From: a virus
Taxonomy: Duplodnaviria; Caudoviricetes
Length of the DNA stretch: 64,000 nucleotides
Virus record (IMG/VR): IMGVR_UViG_2622736508_000001
Reading direction: 5' to 3' (one strand)
How positions within the stretch are numbered: position 1 is the first letter of the stretch; each line of letters opens with the position of its first letter. Positions 63,951 through 64,000 of the stretch are shown here, one piece after another. The position numbers and the translations under genes are program-made. The notes under the pieces are model-generated. The model did not search any database and had not been told where the DNA came from. It saw only the letters and a program-made list of their open reading frames with translations.

Positions 63951-64000
63951 TGGCGACCCCGGCAGGATTCGAACCTGCGACCTTTTGATTCGTAGTCAAA
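63951..64000 (-). tRNA. tRNA-Arg(ACG), 3' portion (truncated by window edge); likely att core
   Basis: Reverse complement reads TTTGA-CTACGAA-TCAAA (anticodon ACG), GCAGG-TTCGAAT-CCTGC T-arm, and a CCA end at 63951. Confidence 0.9.

Noticed and set aside
1-64000. CRISPR array, diversity-generating retroelement, retron or tail-fibre shufflon
   Set aside because: No repeat-spacer array, reverse transcriptase motif (YxDD), TR/VR duplicate or invertase was seen by eye.

Overview
The whole window is one large temperate siphovirus-type prophage, almost all on the minus strand. From right to left it contains: the 3' part of tRNA-Arg(ACG) (the likely att site), a tyrosine integrase, a CI/Cro switch and excisionase, an early region (AbrB-like regulator, split SbcC/Rad50 plus SbcD, resolvase, helicase, ParB, a truncated sigma factor, two BRO proteins, a primase-DUF927 helicase and an iteron origin), an ArpU-like late regulator, a ParB/methyltransferase cluster, terminase, an SPP1-like head, a non-contractile tail with a Proteobacteria/GTA-like tip, a lysis cassette, and a Dam-family methylase cut off by the left edge. 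No second att copy is visible, so the prophage probably extends past position 1. The host looks like a spore-forming diderm Firmicute (Negativicutes/Sporomusaceae-like); this is inferred from the amidase type, the sigma-H-type promoters, AbrB and the Gram-negative-style tail and lysis genes. The strongest leads are three: (1) a MuF head protein with a C-terminal nuclease-like toxin, an overlapping immunity gene and a near-consensus sigma-A promoter inside the coding sequence; (2) a lysis protein with an N-terminal TM helix, a coiled coil and about four C-terminal amphipathic beta-strands, a candidate lipoprotein-independent unimolecular spanin; (3) sigma-H-type promoters driving accessory genes, alongside a phage AbrB and a sigma factor lacking region 4. 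All family assignments come from motif recognition by eye, not database searches.
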